A stretch of 64,000 nucleotides of DNA from Microthyrium microscopicum. Taxonomy: Eukaryota. This document shows, piece by piece, positions 40,446 through 52,674 of this stretch. The stretch covers positions 2,329,697 through 2,393,696 of the forward strand of contig MU004234.1 of NCBI GenBank assembly GCA_010405405.1. The letters run 5' to 3'. Under the pieces are notes generated by a model. The model saw nothing but the letters and a program-made list of their open reading frames with translations, did no database searches and was not told the DNA's origin. How positions within the stretch are numbered: the stretch's first letter is position 1; the number at the start of each line of letters is the position of its first letter. The position numbers and the translations under genes were made by a program.

Positions 40446-40946
40446 GGCCTGAACATTAAGACGCAATTTGTTCTCGAGAGATGCGGGAAATATGCTTATC
40501 AATTCGAAGGAGATTGACAAGGACAAGGTCACAAATTCACTTATTAATCCAGTGTGTAATACAGATATGGCGATAAGCTTGATGTTGACCGCAGAGGTTG
40601 TGATTTTAGCTGATTCCTAATCAAGATCTACAACAGGCCAATGAGACCGATTTCAATTGTAATATCTGGTATATAGATTGATAGATCTGGACCAAACTTG
40701 ACAGATATCTCCCTTTTGGGCCATTTTTGACACCATTTGGCAGGTCAATATTCTGTCAATTGGCCGTTTAGATTCTCATACAATGTTTCAAATTCTCTGC
40801 CACAACAACATTCAGGCCATGGTATTGCAGGCACGCGCATTTACACAATTCGACGATAACGTAGGGAGCAATCTTATAGATGCAGCAACCCGCGCTTCTG
40901 GCGACAAATAGGATCAGAATCTCAACAACCACATCGCAAAGACTTT

Positions 40947-41635
40947 CTAGCAGTCTTGCCCCTCGGCAAGGACCATGAAGTCAGCAACAGTTGCTTGCCC
41001 GACACTGGAAAGTGATTAGTTCGCGTTCGTTGCAGCTGTGAGTTCAGTCCATTCTTGACAATACCACAGACCTGCTCTCCCTAGTTCCGGTAGAACGGTG
41101 CAAGGGAATGTCAGGATGTAACTTCAAGCGCATGAGAAGACTTACTGGCCGATACCACATTTTCGCTGAATTTCAACAAACATATCAGCCACTTCACTCC
41201 ACGTATGTGTGATTTCATCCGAGCTCTTCCATAAGTTAGCTCTGATACCAGGCGAGAACCAAGGAGGGTACTTACAGTTGAGCATAAAAAAACGCCAGTG
41301 TTCCAAGAACAACTGACTCTATCACAATGGTTATCACCTCCGGCCCTAGTCCAGGTGCCTTGAATACCTCGCAAGTAGTCGATTGCGTCGGAAACGCCGC
41401 GTGCAGTCATCGTTCCCCACTGTGGTCTATCACAGTCCGTATCAATCTTCTACTGTCAGCAGCAGCTTATCTGTCATTTGTGATCGAGTTCGAGACTTAC
41501 CAGGTCGTACGTCCCAACCTCTAAATTTCGCTTATAGGCTTCCATTCCATCAGCGGCCACTGTTGGATTAGCAATTACCAATTGACTGAAACGGATCATG
41601 AGGGCGATCGCAACGTAAAACGGTGAGAGCATCAT
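40947..41635 (-). CDS. Small secreted cysteine-containing protein (effector-like)
   Basis: Signal peptide MMLSPFYVAIAL..., KR site, core AIDYLRG...CDRVSCSWNTGVFLC and last exon VGQATVADFMVLAEGQDC*. Three to four GT-AG introns with branch sites. Confidence 0.75.
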
Positions 41636-42691
41636 GTGAAGAGCAGACAATCCAATACTAGATAGGTTCGTCTGATTACGCAGTCTGAAAAGTGTTGACT
41701 GACGAATGTTGATCTGCCTAGGTAGACTTGTGTCAATACAAATGCCTGTATGAGCCTCGCTCGTCTCTTATACAGAGATCATCAATGCATCGTCTTAAAG
41801 AGCTTTCTCACCGCAATTTACACTGCGATACAGATTGTTGTATTTTTGCGCTACTCAAGGTAGCAATCAGAGGTCGAAAGATACCGGTCTATCCACGGTT
41901 GCTAGATAACCACACAACTTATTCACAACGCATCCAGTGAAGTTATGAGGCTTAGGTAGATCATACATAGGATCGAAAGGTCAGCAGACACTTTCGCGAC
42001 CATTCACACGACCTTTGAACGTAAGCTAGCAGTTTCTTGTTTCTTGATATTGATCAAATGATTTTGACTGTGCCACCCAACGTAAAGTAGCGTTATCTCT
42101 ACCGTGATCAACAGTGCGTGGAATACAAAAGCACGGAATGTTTCCAAAAGCACGGAATGTTTCAGATAGCATTTAGCTCTCGACGTCCGCGAAACATCAT
42201 CACGAATGCCATGTTCATGCAGCTGACCTTCGGACACTGGGCCAGATTCGCACAAGAAGAGAGATCAGATCGCTGGAGGTTACCGGCCAACACTACGCAT
42301 TACTTTGAGTATTTGAGAACTAAATAAGGCCAAAAAATTCTGTTAACTCGGCATTCACGTTTCATGGTGCTCAGTTCGCTTCGGGAGTGACGCTACGTTG
42401 TGAAAACATAACTCCACTTCGCCTTGTATCTGTGTAATAATTAATACGTCTTTGCTATAGTTCGTAAAACAGTAAAGCGCTGCCGATAGTATTCATTGCG
42501 TTTAGCAATTAACAGGGTATTCGATAGCCGTCAAGACTGTGTTTTACGAAAGGTCACAATTTCCCTGCAAGGCGAAGGTGGCCATGTATTGATATTAGGA
42601 TTGATATTTGAGATATATGCATACAAATCGCGCCAAACAATGCCTCTGCTATTTACTCAAGGGGTATCATAAGAAAATAAATCCATGCACA

Positions 42692-44266
42692 CTATTTCGT
42701 ATGTTGCTTTCTACCTGATGCCGGCTCGCCCAGCATATCATCTGGCACATCATTCCAACTGTCCATCACCCTCGTACCTGGATGAGCATTTCCACTGATC
42801 CCTTTTGGCAACTTCCGTAACAAAGTAGCCTTGCCATCTGTCTGCTCCTCATCACTCGAGTCATCGTCCAGATCCAGGTCCGGCGGTGGCCGCCTCCTAG
42901 GCGCGGCGGGTCCATCATAGAATTGATTTGGTGTACGTCCAAGAACCTGGTCAGCCTTACTGAGCCCGTGCTCGACGTCTGGTATGCGGGGATCTCGAGC
43001 GCCCCATCCTGCAGCTCGCTCAGTTTGAGCTTGTCTTTCCAGTTCTCGCTCTCGTTCTTGCCGCAGTTGCGCGTGCTGATGCTCCCATCGATGATTCTTC
43101 TCCCACCGCCAGCCGTCTCCGATCGAATTCATGATGGGAAATGGCCAAAGCCAAACATTCGGTCCCATCACTGCGTGTAAATTGCGCTTCCAGCCAAGAT
43201 CAAAAGCGTTCGGCAGTTTCTCATTGTCGCGTTCATCAAGGTAGTCATTATATTGATCATATTCCCGTCGACGAGATTGTTCTTCCCAGCCCAGCGTTTG
43301 CCGAAGAGAGTTTTGGGCCGCAGATCCAGTTTCCTCGCCTTCCTCAGGTCTGGTTATTCCAGGAAGAGCGTTTACATGGATTTTGGCAATCTCGTGTCCG
43401 ATATCTCGGAGTTGCTCGCCAAACGAATGGTGCTCTGGGTCCTCATAGGTCTGATTGTGATTGAGTTGGCGGGAGCCCATTGATCTCAGTGGACTGAGAT
43501 ATCTAGTCTTTTCCAAACTTTCAATGGTTGTCCGGTTTCTTGTTGTCAAGTAAATGTGATAGCCGGTAAATCCCGTTATGACTAGTCCAATGATGCCAGA
43601 CACTACTGACAAAACGACAAAATGTACTGGCATCATTACCTCGCCTGTTCTTGTATCTTCAACAATCTCTGACCATAACCATGTCGCGCTAACCAAAAAG
43701 CAGAGCCAGGAAAATAGTGATGTATAAGTGAGAAACAGAATAAATGCTTTGTAATTGTGAAGTCCAACGCAAGTGGCAAGCCACGGACAGTGATGGTCCA
43801 TCTTCAACACACAGCGGCGACAGCTCGAGCAGTGATGAGTGCGATCTGGTTTGAGGCATTGGCACTTCTTGCAGTACCGTAGCTCGCCCCTCGAATTGAC
43901 CGTGATCGAAGAGAGATGAACATCTTCAGTATGGGGAACGGCGACCATAGGTGATCCGGGGTCTGTAAACACCGCGGTGTAGTATGACCAGTTGAGGAGA
44001 ACGTAAAGGGTAATTCCGGCTAGAATATATACGGTTCCTACCATCTGTTAGCAGCTAGCTCTTCATCATGCTCTGCAAGATGTCATACCAAAGCGTTTCT
44101 GAGGAAGCATCCCTATTTGAACCTCTGTCCATACAGCCCATGTTGTAAGACTGCCAACGAAAACCAGAGGGAAGAAAGTGAATATACTACAGCACATTCG
44201 CTCCAGCGTGTGTAGACATGAGCGTCGTCCTCTCCGAAAAGAGATGCCTGTTGGAGAAGGCAACAT
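42692..44266 (-). CDS. PFA3: DHHC palmitoyltransferase, Pfa3-like
   Basis: RYCKKCQCLKPDRTHHCSSCRRCVLKMDHHCPW, TTIE, NAFDLGWKRN and four TM helices. One intron near the 5' end. Confidence 0.88.
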
Positions 44267-44812
44267 GTTCGTGTTTCGGAAAAGGCGGAGAAGTGAGGGA
44301 ATTGAATGACCAGGTCAGCGCGTTCTGTTGCAAGCAAGGCGCTGGCTCTGGACTAAAAGACATGTATGGCCATGATAGAGGACTAGAAGGGAAATCAGAA
44401 AGCGGAGAGGCACGAAGGGTGAGACGACACGACTCTTGGATCAATGTCGTCGTAGATCAAGGAGGCACGAAATGAGGCTCAGCGCGCTAATCGCGCTAAC
44501 CGTTCTTGGAATAGGATGGTTTGCGCGCCCTTCGTTCGCTCTGAAGTCTGAACTCAACTAGTTGCTTTCATTATTGCGAATATCCCTTTGACGCGAATAT
44601 CTCTGCACTGTATTCACGAGCGCGCTTAAGGGACCTTTCAGATGAACTGATGATTAAGTCTGACTCCAATTATCTCCACCCGATCCGTCACCAATTGCGG
44701 TCCATCTCAAGATCTACCGCACCATACCTCTTACTCCCACCGATGTCTCTAGAATCATACAAACTGAATCGACACGCTTTCTCACAATTCCGATGATAAT
44801 CGAGGCCCCCAT

Positions 44813-46053
44813 CTAGGCTAGCTTTGCAAGCCCGACAGTCTCTTCTCCCACATTGAAGTCGATATAATGGGTCTGAAAGAATGCTGCAATTTGTCAATGT
44901 GAGGATACACAGTTCGCTGCAAGGTACATACGATGTCCGACAACCCACAAGTCAGGCGTCAGAGAATTGTTGAAATCTTGCCCAGACACAATTGCAGTGC
45001 AGTTGTTATTCCCATTATCCTTGAACTTGAACGCCTCCACAGGAATGTTGAAGATGGAACTTCTTTTGCTCACACCGACAGTCTGGTTGGCTAACGTTGA
45101 TTCTGGTGGAAAGCTATATCCAACGACTGGCGGTTCGTTGCACGGGTAGTATCCAACAAGGGTTGGCAAACAGCCGGCTTCGTTGACCATGATCCCTTGG
45201 ATGCCCGTGGCCTCGAAGATTTGCTGGACTACACTGATGGGCCTGAAATCGCGTCAGTCCACTCCATCCTTTCCGAGGAATTTGAACCTACCCAATTACG
45301 GTTGACTACCCAGTGTCAAGTTCGATCAGTGCGTCTTTGGACACGATCTTATTGTTGACTGCAATATCTCCATTCAAGAACCACTCTCCAATAACCGGTG
45401 TCGTAGTCAAGCTGCCCTTGAACTTGCTCTTGTCCACAAATCCAAGCGCAACCTCACCTTTACCTTTAGTACCTAGCGACACGCCAAAGCGGCATTCTTT
45501 GGTCTTTTTTTCGTTGCAGAGGGTGTGGAAAAATGGAGTACTGTTGAAGCCCGATACGATCTGGCCAGCGAAGCCGACTATGCCATCATGCGGGATGCTT
45601 GAGTTGTCCAAGCAGGCTACGACCGAGCCTATTGTTTAATTATCGGCGATCAGCCCTCCCAGACCAATCTGGTCGAGATATTCGGTGGCATTGATCTGGG
45701 GGTGTAAGCTTGGGCTGCTATGAAGAGAAGATCCTTACGCTTGAGCTTCCGCATCCGTTGGACTGAGTGGTGCCATAGCTGAGCTGCCCGACTGCACTTA
45801 AACCGATTGAAGCTGAACTAGGTCTGTAATTGCCAGTGTTGAGGACAACATCAGCTGATCCAGAATCAAAGAGGAGACTAAGGTTCTTTGAAGCACCAAC
45901 TGCGAAGCTTGCGAACCAAAATCCTCCGTCCAACGTCAAGCCAATCTTCGATTCCCCTTTGTGGATGTATGATATAGAGCGATCGATGAATCCAGTTTTC
46001 GGCGCTGCCTGAACAAGCAGAAAAGCAAGGCCAAGCAGTAACAATCTCTTCAT
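44813..46053 (-). pseudogene. Secreted pepsin-like (A1) aspartic protease with two in-frame nonsense codons
   Basis: Signal peptide, FDSGSAD, YG, DGIVG, LDTG and WVVG..FF. TAA at 45636-38 (ADN*TIG) and TAG at 45306-08 (DTG*STVIGP) fall inside otherwise intact exons. Confidence 0.75.
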
Positions 46054-47049
46054 TGTAAGAATCGCGTGGAAGTTATTGAGAAATTTGCTATGATTGAGAT
46101 ATAATAGCTAGCTCCATTGCATAGGTATGCTAAGGTCTATATACTTCACAGCTGCTCAAGGCAGCAAAACAAGAGAAGGCTTGGTTGGCGGCACCTTAAT
46201 TTAACGCGCAATTCAAAAGGCGATGAGCATTATGTCCTTACCAGACCCAGGTTGGTAAACGAAGTCAAGCTGTTGGTATTGGATGTTGCTCTAACCAAAA
46301 GCAGCCGGATAGACGAACATAACGCCTCGATGCAAAATTAGGCACCCTCTCGCTATTTGGGGGCTGGGTGGCTAGGGACGATCCCTACACCTTTGGCAGA
46401 GCCTCCATCCTATTACTCCCACGGAAGTTGGACATCAAGCTGACCTGAGCCATCTCCACAGCAGTGTGTCGTTATCAAACTCTGCTGCCACCAGGTACTG
46501 TATGACGTGCGCGGAAATGAACCCACGAGACCGCTCAGAGCGACCAGGATCAGAAAAGCTCGTCTAATGACGCGAGTTACCATAACATTGCCTACATTTG
46601 CTTTAACGAGAGGAGAAAAGGACCGACTGGACAGCTAGCGTGTTGAGGTTTGGTCAGTACATAGCGAGTCCTGAAATGGCCTGACAAACCTCATGCCTTT
46701 GGCTTCATAATCACAAGCACAGTGCAAGAGCTAGGGCGAAAGGAAACATATGGTGATGGGATCCGACCATTTCATGTTACTCTTCAATACAACAACATCA
46801 TAGATTGCACTCTTCTATCAACGGCGATGGCTACCATCGCACTTCGTAACGAGAGTATCCTTATCTTCTCGCCTTGATTGATATCTTTGGCTACTATACG
46901 CGCACTCCATGGGAGGTCAAATATTCTCAAAGAAAGCGTAGTACGTGGTAAACATCACACTCGACGGGAGCGCGACATCCTGTCGTCCAGTTGACAATCA
47001 TTGGTACCATTGAATATCTAAACAAGCCCAGAAGCTCACTACTAATACA

Positions 47050-48280
47050 TCATGCCGTGCGATCCTCTCCGAAACTTCCTCCTCCGGCCCGACCATCCAA
47101 GTCTGTAAAGTCGTTCAGTCCGCAAACTTCGAATATCTTCTTTGGCGTAATTTCACTCGGCGTACCCATCAGTCCAGTTTTCTTTAATTTGACCAGGGCA
47201 TCTCTGATTCCTACGTAGGCAGGTGCAACAGATGCAAGCGACAAGATCATGACCTTGAAGCCCATCTCCTTGGCTTCGTCATGAGATACCGTAGGGGTGG
47301 CACCGTGCTCGATAAGGTTCATTAAGGTTGGCATAGGTGCTAGATCAGCAACTGCGTTCCTCATTTCCTCTTTCGAGCGAAGACCTTCCAGGAAGAGAAC
47401 ATCCACACCAAGCTTTTGAGCTTCTTTCAGTCTATGGATAGCGTCATCGTATCCTAGCGGTTGCAAAGCATCTGTTCTCGCCATGATAACAATATCTGAG
47501 CCTATGCGTTCTCTGGCTTCAACTGCTGCTCGTATACGTGCAAGGTATTCGTCCAAGGGAACAACTTCCTTTCCACCAAGATGTCCACAACGCTTTTGTA
47601 GCACTTGGTCTTCAATGTGAAAACCTGCGATGCCCTACACTCGTTAGTGGAAAAACACATTGATGTATTATTGTTTTCAACACGCATAGAAAACCTCATA
47701 CATGATAAAGCCCCATCACACTCGGTAGTAGCCTTATGATGCTATGGGAGCGGCCCAGTGCTCTGATAGTATCGCTCCGCCGCTAAAGAGATCGATGAAG
47801 TTGGATTTAAATGGAAAGGACTTACAGCTCGAGCGTATGCTTCCACTGTTCGGGACACCATTATTGGGCCTCCATATCCCGTGTCCATGTCGGCAATAAC
47901 AGGAACGGAACGATCAAGATTGGCGATCATTGTGGCATGCTCTATCATATCCGTTTGAGTGCATAGACCCAAGTCTGCGGTGCCTAGCTTAGATGCTGAA
48001 GTGCCTGCGCCAGTCTTGTAGTCATGGTGAGTACCAAACTCTTGGGATATTGTGGGTTGAAACTTACCATATACAAGCAGTCGAAGCCAACTTCCAACGC
48101 GGTGCGAGCCGATAAACCATCATACACTCCCGGTGCGAAGACGAAACCGTTGGGATCGTTGAGCATTTCCCGCAACTTGGCTGCTGCGGAGACTGTCACG
48201 TCCACATGGCCATTTGATCCATTATGATCTCCATTACCATTAGTGGCATGAGAAACATCCTCGGTGAGTTGTAGAGGCAT
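47050..48280 (-). CDS. oahA: Oxaloacetate acetylhydrolase-type enzyme (isocitrate lyase/PEP mutase superfamily)
   Basis: APGVYDGLSAR, YMTGAGT, ADMDTGYGGP, HIEDQV, KRCGH, ARTDA, and MGFKVMILS with Ser at the OAH marker position. Introns 48015-48067 and 47635-47825. Confidence 0.8.
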
Positions 48281-49229
48281 TGCTTTGAAATTTAAACGTG
48301 TAAGTTGGTGCTGATTGCAAATATTTGTTTGAAAAGTTAAATTATAATGTAAGGTTCAAAGCAATAACCAATTTGCCAAGCAGATAGTATCATTTTATGT
48401 CATCCCTGAAGATATCGTGTTGCCATTTGTGTCTCGGAATATCTTTCTCTTGAGTATAAAATTGTCACTTTTGAGTAGCACTAACGTAGTACTTACGCAC
48501 CTTGACGAAAAGGCGCAGCGCAGATCCAATCTAGATAGTCTTTTTGCACCCAATCGGTGTACAAAAGCAGAATGTGAATCTGGTTCCGGAATCTGTACTG
48601 AGGCATTTCACCTGTACCATTACCGCATTGAAGAATTTTTGTATCCATTTCCGGGAACAACATGTGAGTTACAGATGGACATCGGCGACAAGCTGTAGTG
48701 CATATCAGATCTGCAAATCGGATCTGCATGTCCCATCGACTTGACATGGTTGCATCGACCCAATAACCGGGCTCTCACATTGATCTCCATCCAATTATTC
48801 GAAATCTCGAAATGCCATGTCAGATAAGCACCGTGGGCATTACAGCATTTCGCATTTCTAGTGCTGCTACTAGCGACGAGACAACAAGCAACAGGTTACC
48901 GTGATCCACAAAAAATAACGTCACTCTTGACTACCTTTACGCATTGCTTGACATTGCAACCGAGCTGTACCTTTTAGCGCGATGTAGATAGGGGTGTTGG
49001 ATGTTGTTGTCTTACTCCAGCATGAACATGGAAAGAAACTCCATCGACGTAATGTACCTCACAGCCTAAGCGAATTGGCCTGCTGGTTTCTAGTCCATAT
49101 GCCCTTTTTCACATTTCATCAGAACATAATTTTACAATTTCAGTGTTTCCGTGACTGTCCTTTTGCAATAGAAGTCGTGTTTGTTTATCTATTCAAAGCG
49201 ATCCCAGTGTTCGCTCGAAGTTCGTCGCC

Positions 49230-50124
49230 ATGATGGAGCCAAAAGCAATACCTGACGAAGCCCATCCTCGAGATGTAGAGCAAGCAAGTGAGGATTCGTC
49301 TGAACATGTATTCAAGGTTGTTCCGAGCCATTGGTCCTGCAACGTGAACACGTCCTTGACCTCGATTCCAATGATCCTCTGCTGTTTCTGCTCAGGGTTA
49401 ATCGATTCTACTGTCTTCAATGCTTGGGGTGTCTTTGCGACCATGCAAACTGGTATGTCACTTGTCATTCTGTCGCGTGCTTTGGCATATATCTGGACGA
49501 ATGGACCTGATGAACATTTTGCTTGTAGGCAATACCGTGATTCTCGCACTAGGTGCAAGTTCGCAGCCTTCAGGCCATCCACATGCCTGGCTACAAGCAC
49601 TACTCGCCTTATCATTCTTCTTCATCGGCGCTCTATTCACGTCTAGAGTAACAACATTCCTCGGACCACTCCGCCGAACGACTCTCGCCCTTTCGTTTCT
49701 CCTCCAGACGTCCCTCATCGTCACCGCGGCAGCCTTGATCCAGTCGGCAGTGGTTCCTGGCATCATACCACAGGGCCAGGAGTTCTTCATTCAGCTAGTG
49801 CCCCTTCCGATGCTGTCATTTCAAGCAGCAATGCAAAGTGTCACTTCACGACAACTCAAATGCGAACTGCCCACCACCGTGCTGACAAGTGTCATCACTG
49901 ATATCGGAAACGACAAAGACCTCTTCGCGGGACCAACAGGTAATTGGGCAAGGAATAGACGTATTGGCGCGGTTGTATTCTTGCTGCTTGGTGGGATCAT
50001 CGGTGGATGGTTGAGCAGGACATCTGAGGGTATGCCAGCCGCGCTTTGGTTCGCTGCTGGCGTGAAGGCTTGTTTGACCGTAGCATGGCTTTTCTGGCGC
50101 CCTGAAACTGCTGTTGTGGAATGA
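49230..50124 (+). CDS. DUF1275/YoaK-family multi-TM protein, candidate oxalate exporter
   Basis: SGLIDS, FATMQTGNT (across intron 49453-49528), SFQAAMQ, ELPTTVLTS, RNRR and GGIIGG; about six TM helices. Confidence 0.85.
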
Positions 50125-50776
50125 TAGTCTAATATACCTACCCTACGAAAGTGTGCTAGATTTTTCGCGGGGTTAATTTCATCGAATGGAGTCTGTCTAA
50201 TATTACCATCGTACGCAGTAATCAACAATAGCGGTAAGAGTTCTCTATGACAAAGGATTGCTGCCAATGTGTATTCAGGATATCCGCTTTGTATCGTGAT
50301 TCTCTTTATGCTTATTGGCTACATTCTTTGTTCAATCTCAGCTTCCACTGAACAATACCTTTCTATTCTCATGTCTACATCTCAAACAAAGCATCATCCC
50401 AAGTCTCCAAACTCATTTATGAAACTGTCCCGTCTCCCCTAGACCTCTTCTTCTTTCTACCAAACCGAACTCACACTCCCCCAGTCCCAGGCCAAACGTA
50501 TAGCCATGGATTACTGGTGAGATTGGTGACCAAAAGTTGACTGCTAAGAACATCGCACATTCCCACAGTCCCAGGCTGCACGTTATTGCCATGGATTACT
50601 GGTGCTGATGTCTCATCATCCTTATAAATCTTGTTGGTAAGTTCTCCGACCACCCTTTTTTGAAGGAAAACTCACATCTCCACACGATGTCCAGGATTTC
50701 TCCTACTTGCACAGCAACAAGCCTGGTACGTTGGTGAGTTTAAACGTCCTCAATGTTTCAAGTTATGAATAATGAC

Positions 50777-50888
50777 TTGACGATTGACGATTGACGATTG
50801 ACGATTGACGATTGACGATTGACGATTGACGATTGACGATTGACGATTGACGATTGACGATTGACGATTGACGACTGACGACTGACGA
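50777..50888. repeat. Heptanucleotide microsatellite (TTGACGA)14(CTGACGA)2
   Basis: Direct reading of the tandem array. Confidence 0.95.
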
Positions 50889-51044
50889 TTTTATGACTAA
50901 TGATTTTGTGACTGATGATTTCCAAAACTTGCGACATCATTTTATATATAAACCCAAAATCACCTTATATACCCCCAATACGTCTTATATAGAGAGACAG
51001 GACCATGCTCAAACCTCTTTAAGGGTTTGTGTCATTAGTGTCCC

Positions 51045-51382
51045 GACGACCTCTTTACGAGTTTCCATTGGGATCTCTGACGACCTCTCCACGAGTTTCC
51101 ATTGGGATCTCTGACGACCTCTCTACGAGTTTCCACTGGGATCTCTGACGACCTCTCCACGAGTTTCCATTGGGATCTCTGACGACCTCTCTACGAGTTT
51201 CCACTGGGATCTCTGACGACCTCTTTACGAGTTTCCATTGGGATCTCTGACGACCTCTCTACGAGTTTCCATTGGGATCTCTGACGACCTCTCTATGAGT
51301 TTCCATTGGGATCTCTGACGACCTCTCTATGAGTTCCCATTGGGATCCTGACGACCTCTCTACGAGTTCCCATTGGGATCTC
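51045..51382. repeat. 34-bp minisatellite, 10 copies (GACGACCTCTCTACGAGTTTCCATTGGGATCTCT)
   Basis: Units start at 51045, 51079, 51113 ... 51317 and 51350. Few substitutions and no spacers. Confidence 0.95.
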
Positions 51383-51936
51383 GATGCAGCCATTGCTCTA
51401 GCAGATGATGCTCGCGCAACTGCAACTCAGCAAGCTACTACTCCTCGCACAACTTCAGCCCAGTCTAACCAGACCTAGATGACTACGGCTCAGTCCCATG
51501 TATATATGAATTTGAATTTCTAATCTTCCTCTAAAATCTCTCTCTCAGTATTAGTGAATAGTTTTTTGCTTGCAGGCTCTTTGGCTTCCAATTGGCGACT
51601 CAGTGTGATGTAATGGCCGAATAGCATATGCCATCGACTAACCACCTGGTTGAGCACCATGGCGCAGTGATTAAATCATCTGAGCAGCTAAGTTTCCTGA
51701 CAAGGTACTTTGAGCTATCTGTTTTCGAAACTTCAATTGATTCCATAGAACAAGAAAGATGGTACATCATTACAAGCCACGCCGATAGTGTAATTTCAGA
51801 ATATTGATAACACAACACAGTGTTCGCCAACGGAGCTCGTGTATTCCTGTGACGTGAGAAAACTCCTCAATCGTCTCGTTATCTCATGTCCACGTTCCGT
51901 ATCAAACACTGATCGCCATCTCACATATCTACTTAA

Positions 51937-52420
51937 CTAAACAGATACTGCCAGGAAGAAAGCCGCAGCGACCAGACCGACAGACAGCGTGAACGAGCTA
52001 CCAGTGTTGGTAGTTTGCTGAGGCGGAGCTGTCGAGTTCGCTGGTGACATAGAGTACGTCGTAGTGCCAACATGTTAAGCCGATGCAGTCGAGGTATATG
52101 TCAGGGTAGCAGCATCCGTCATCGAAGACCTAGTGGTAGTCGAATTGTAGTAGTAGCCACCAGTGCTAGTGGTATCTGTCACTGAGGAAGCTGGGCTGGC
52201 CTGAGATTCGTTAGCGTTGAATTATGAGCAGAGGGTGCCAAAGCCAGCGCTAGATAGATCAAATGATCTTCGTAGCACGGCATTCCATCAGCGATTATGG
52301 TAGCCATGTAGTGCTATGAGGGCCATAACGCGCTATTATATGGACAGGAGATGTTCTTACCTTCGCGGATGCGCTCATCATGCCTGAGATGAACAACAAT
52401 GCGGCACTCTACAAGAACAT
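51937..52420 (-). pseudogene. Small Ser/Thr-rich GPI-anchored-like protein gene with two nonsense codons
   Basis: Exon 1 MFL*SAALLFISGMMSASAK, GTAAGA..CTAAC..CAG intron, exon 2 S/T-rich with TAA at 52075-77, ending in the GPI-signal-like NTGSSFTLSVGLVAAAFFLAVSV*. Confidence 0.6.
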
Positions 52421-52674
52421 ATCTTGATATAGATCAAGATCTCGGTGATAACAGCCTAGGAATAATCAAAATTATAGCGAGGAAGTTGATGTAGAATCTA
52501 GGCAATCGCTTGTAACCTTTATTGACCTTCCAACCCTCCCTTGATTGAAGATATATCGGTGAGCTCCACTTTTAGCCTTCCCCTCCAAGTTGAAGATACT
52601 GTCTTGCCTGTAACTTCATACAACCACAACCAACTTAGAACAATCTCAAAGAAACTCCAATAGCTCGATTCAGA

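Noticed and set aside
47635..47825. Unusually long OAH intron as a riboswitch or snoRNA host
   Set aside because: No TPP-riboswitch consensus or convincing C/D or H/ACA boxes, only short possible hairpins.
50758..50940. ORF encoding SSIVNRQ repeats
   Set aside because: It is simply the translation of the 7-bp microsatellite.
51045..51382. 34-bp repeats as a CRISPR array
   Set aside because: Units are head-to-tail with no unique spacers, the context is eukaryotic and there are no cas genes.
45306..52420. Reassignment of TAA/TAG to Gln (alternative genetic code)
   Set aside because: Conserved neighbours such as the syntaxin, PUB1 and COQ5 terminate normally at TAG or TAA.
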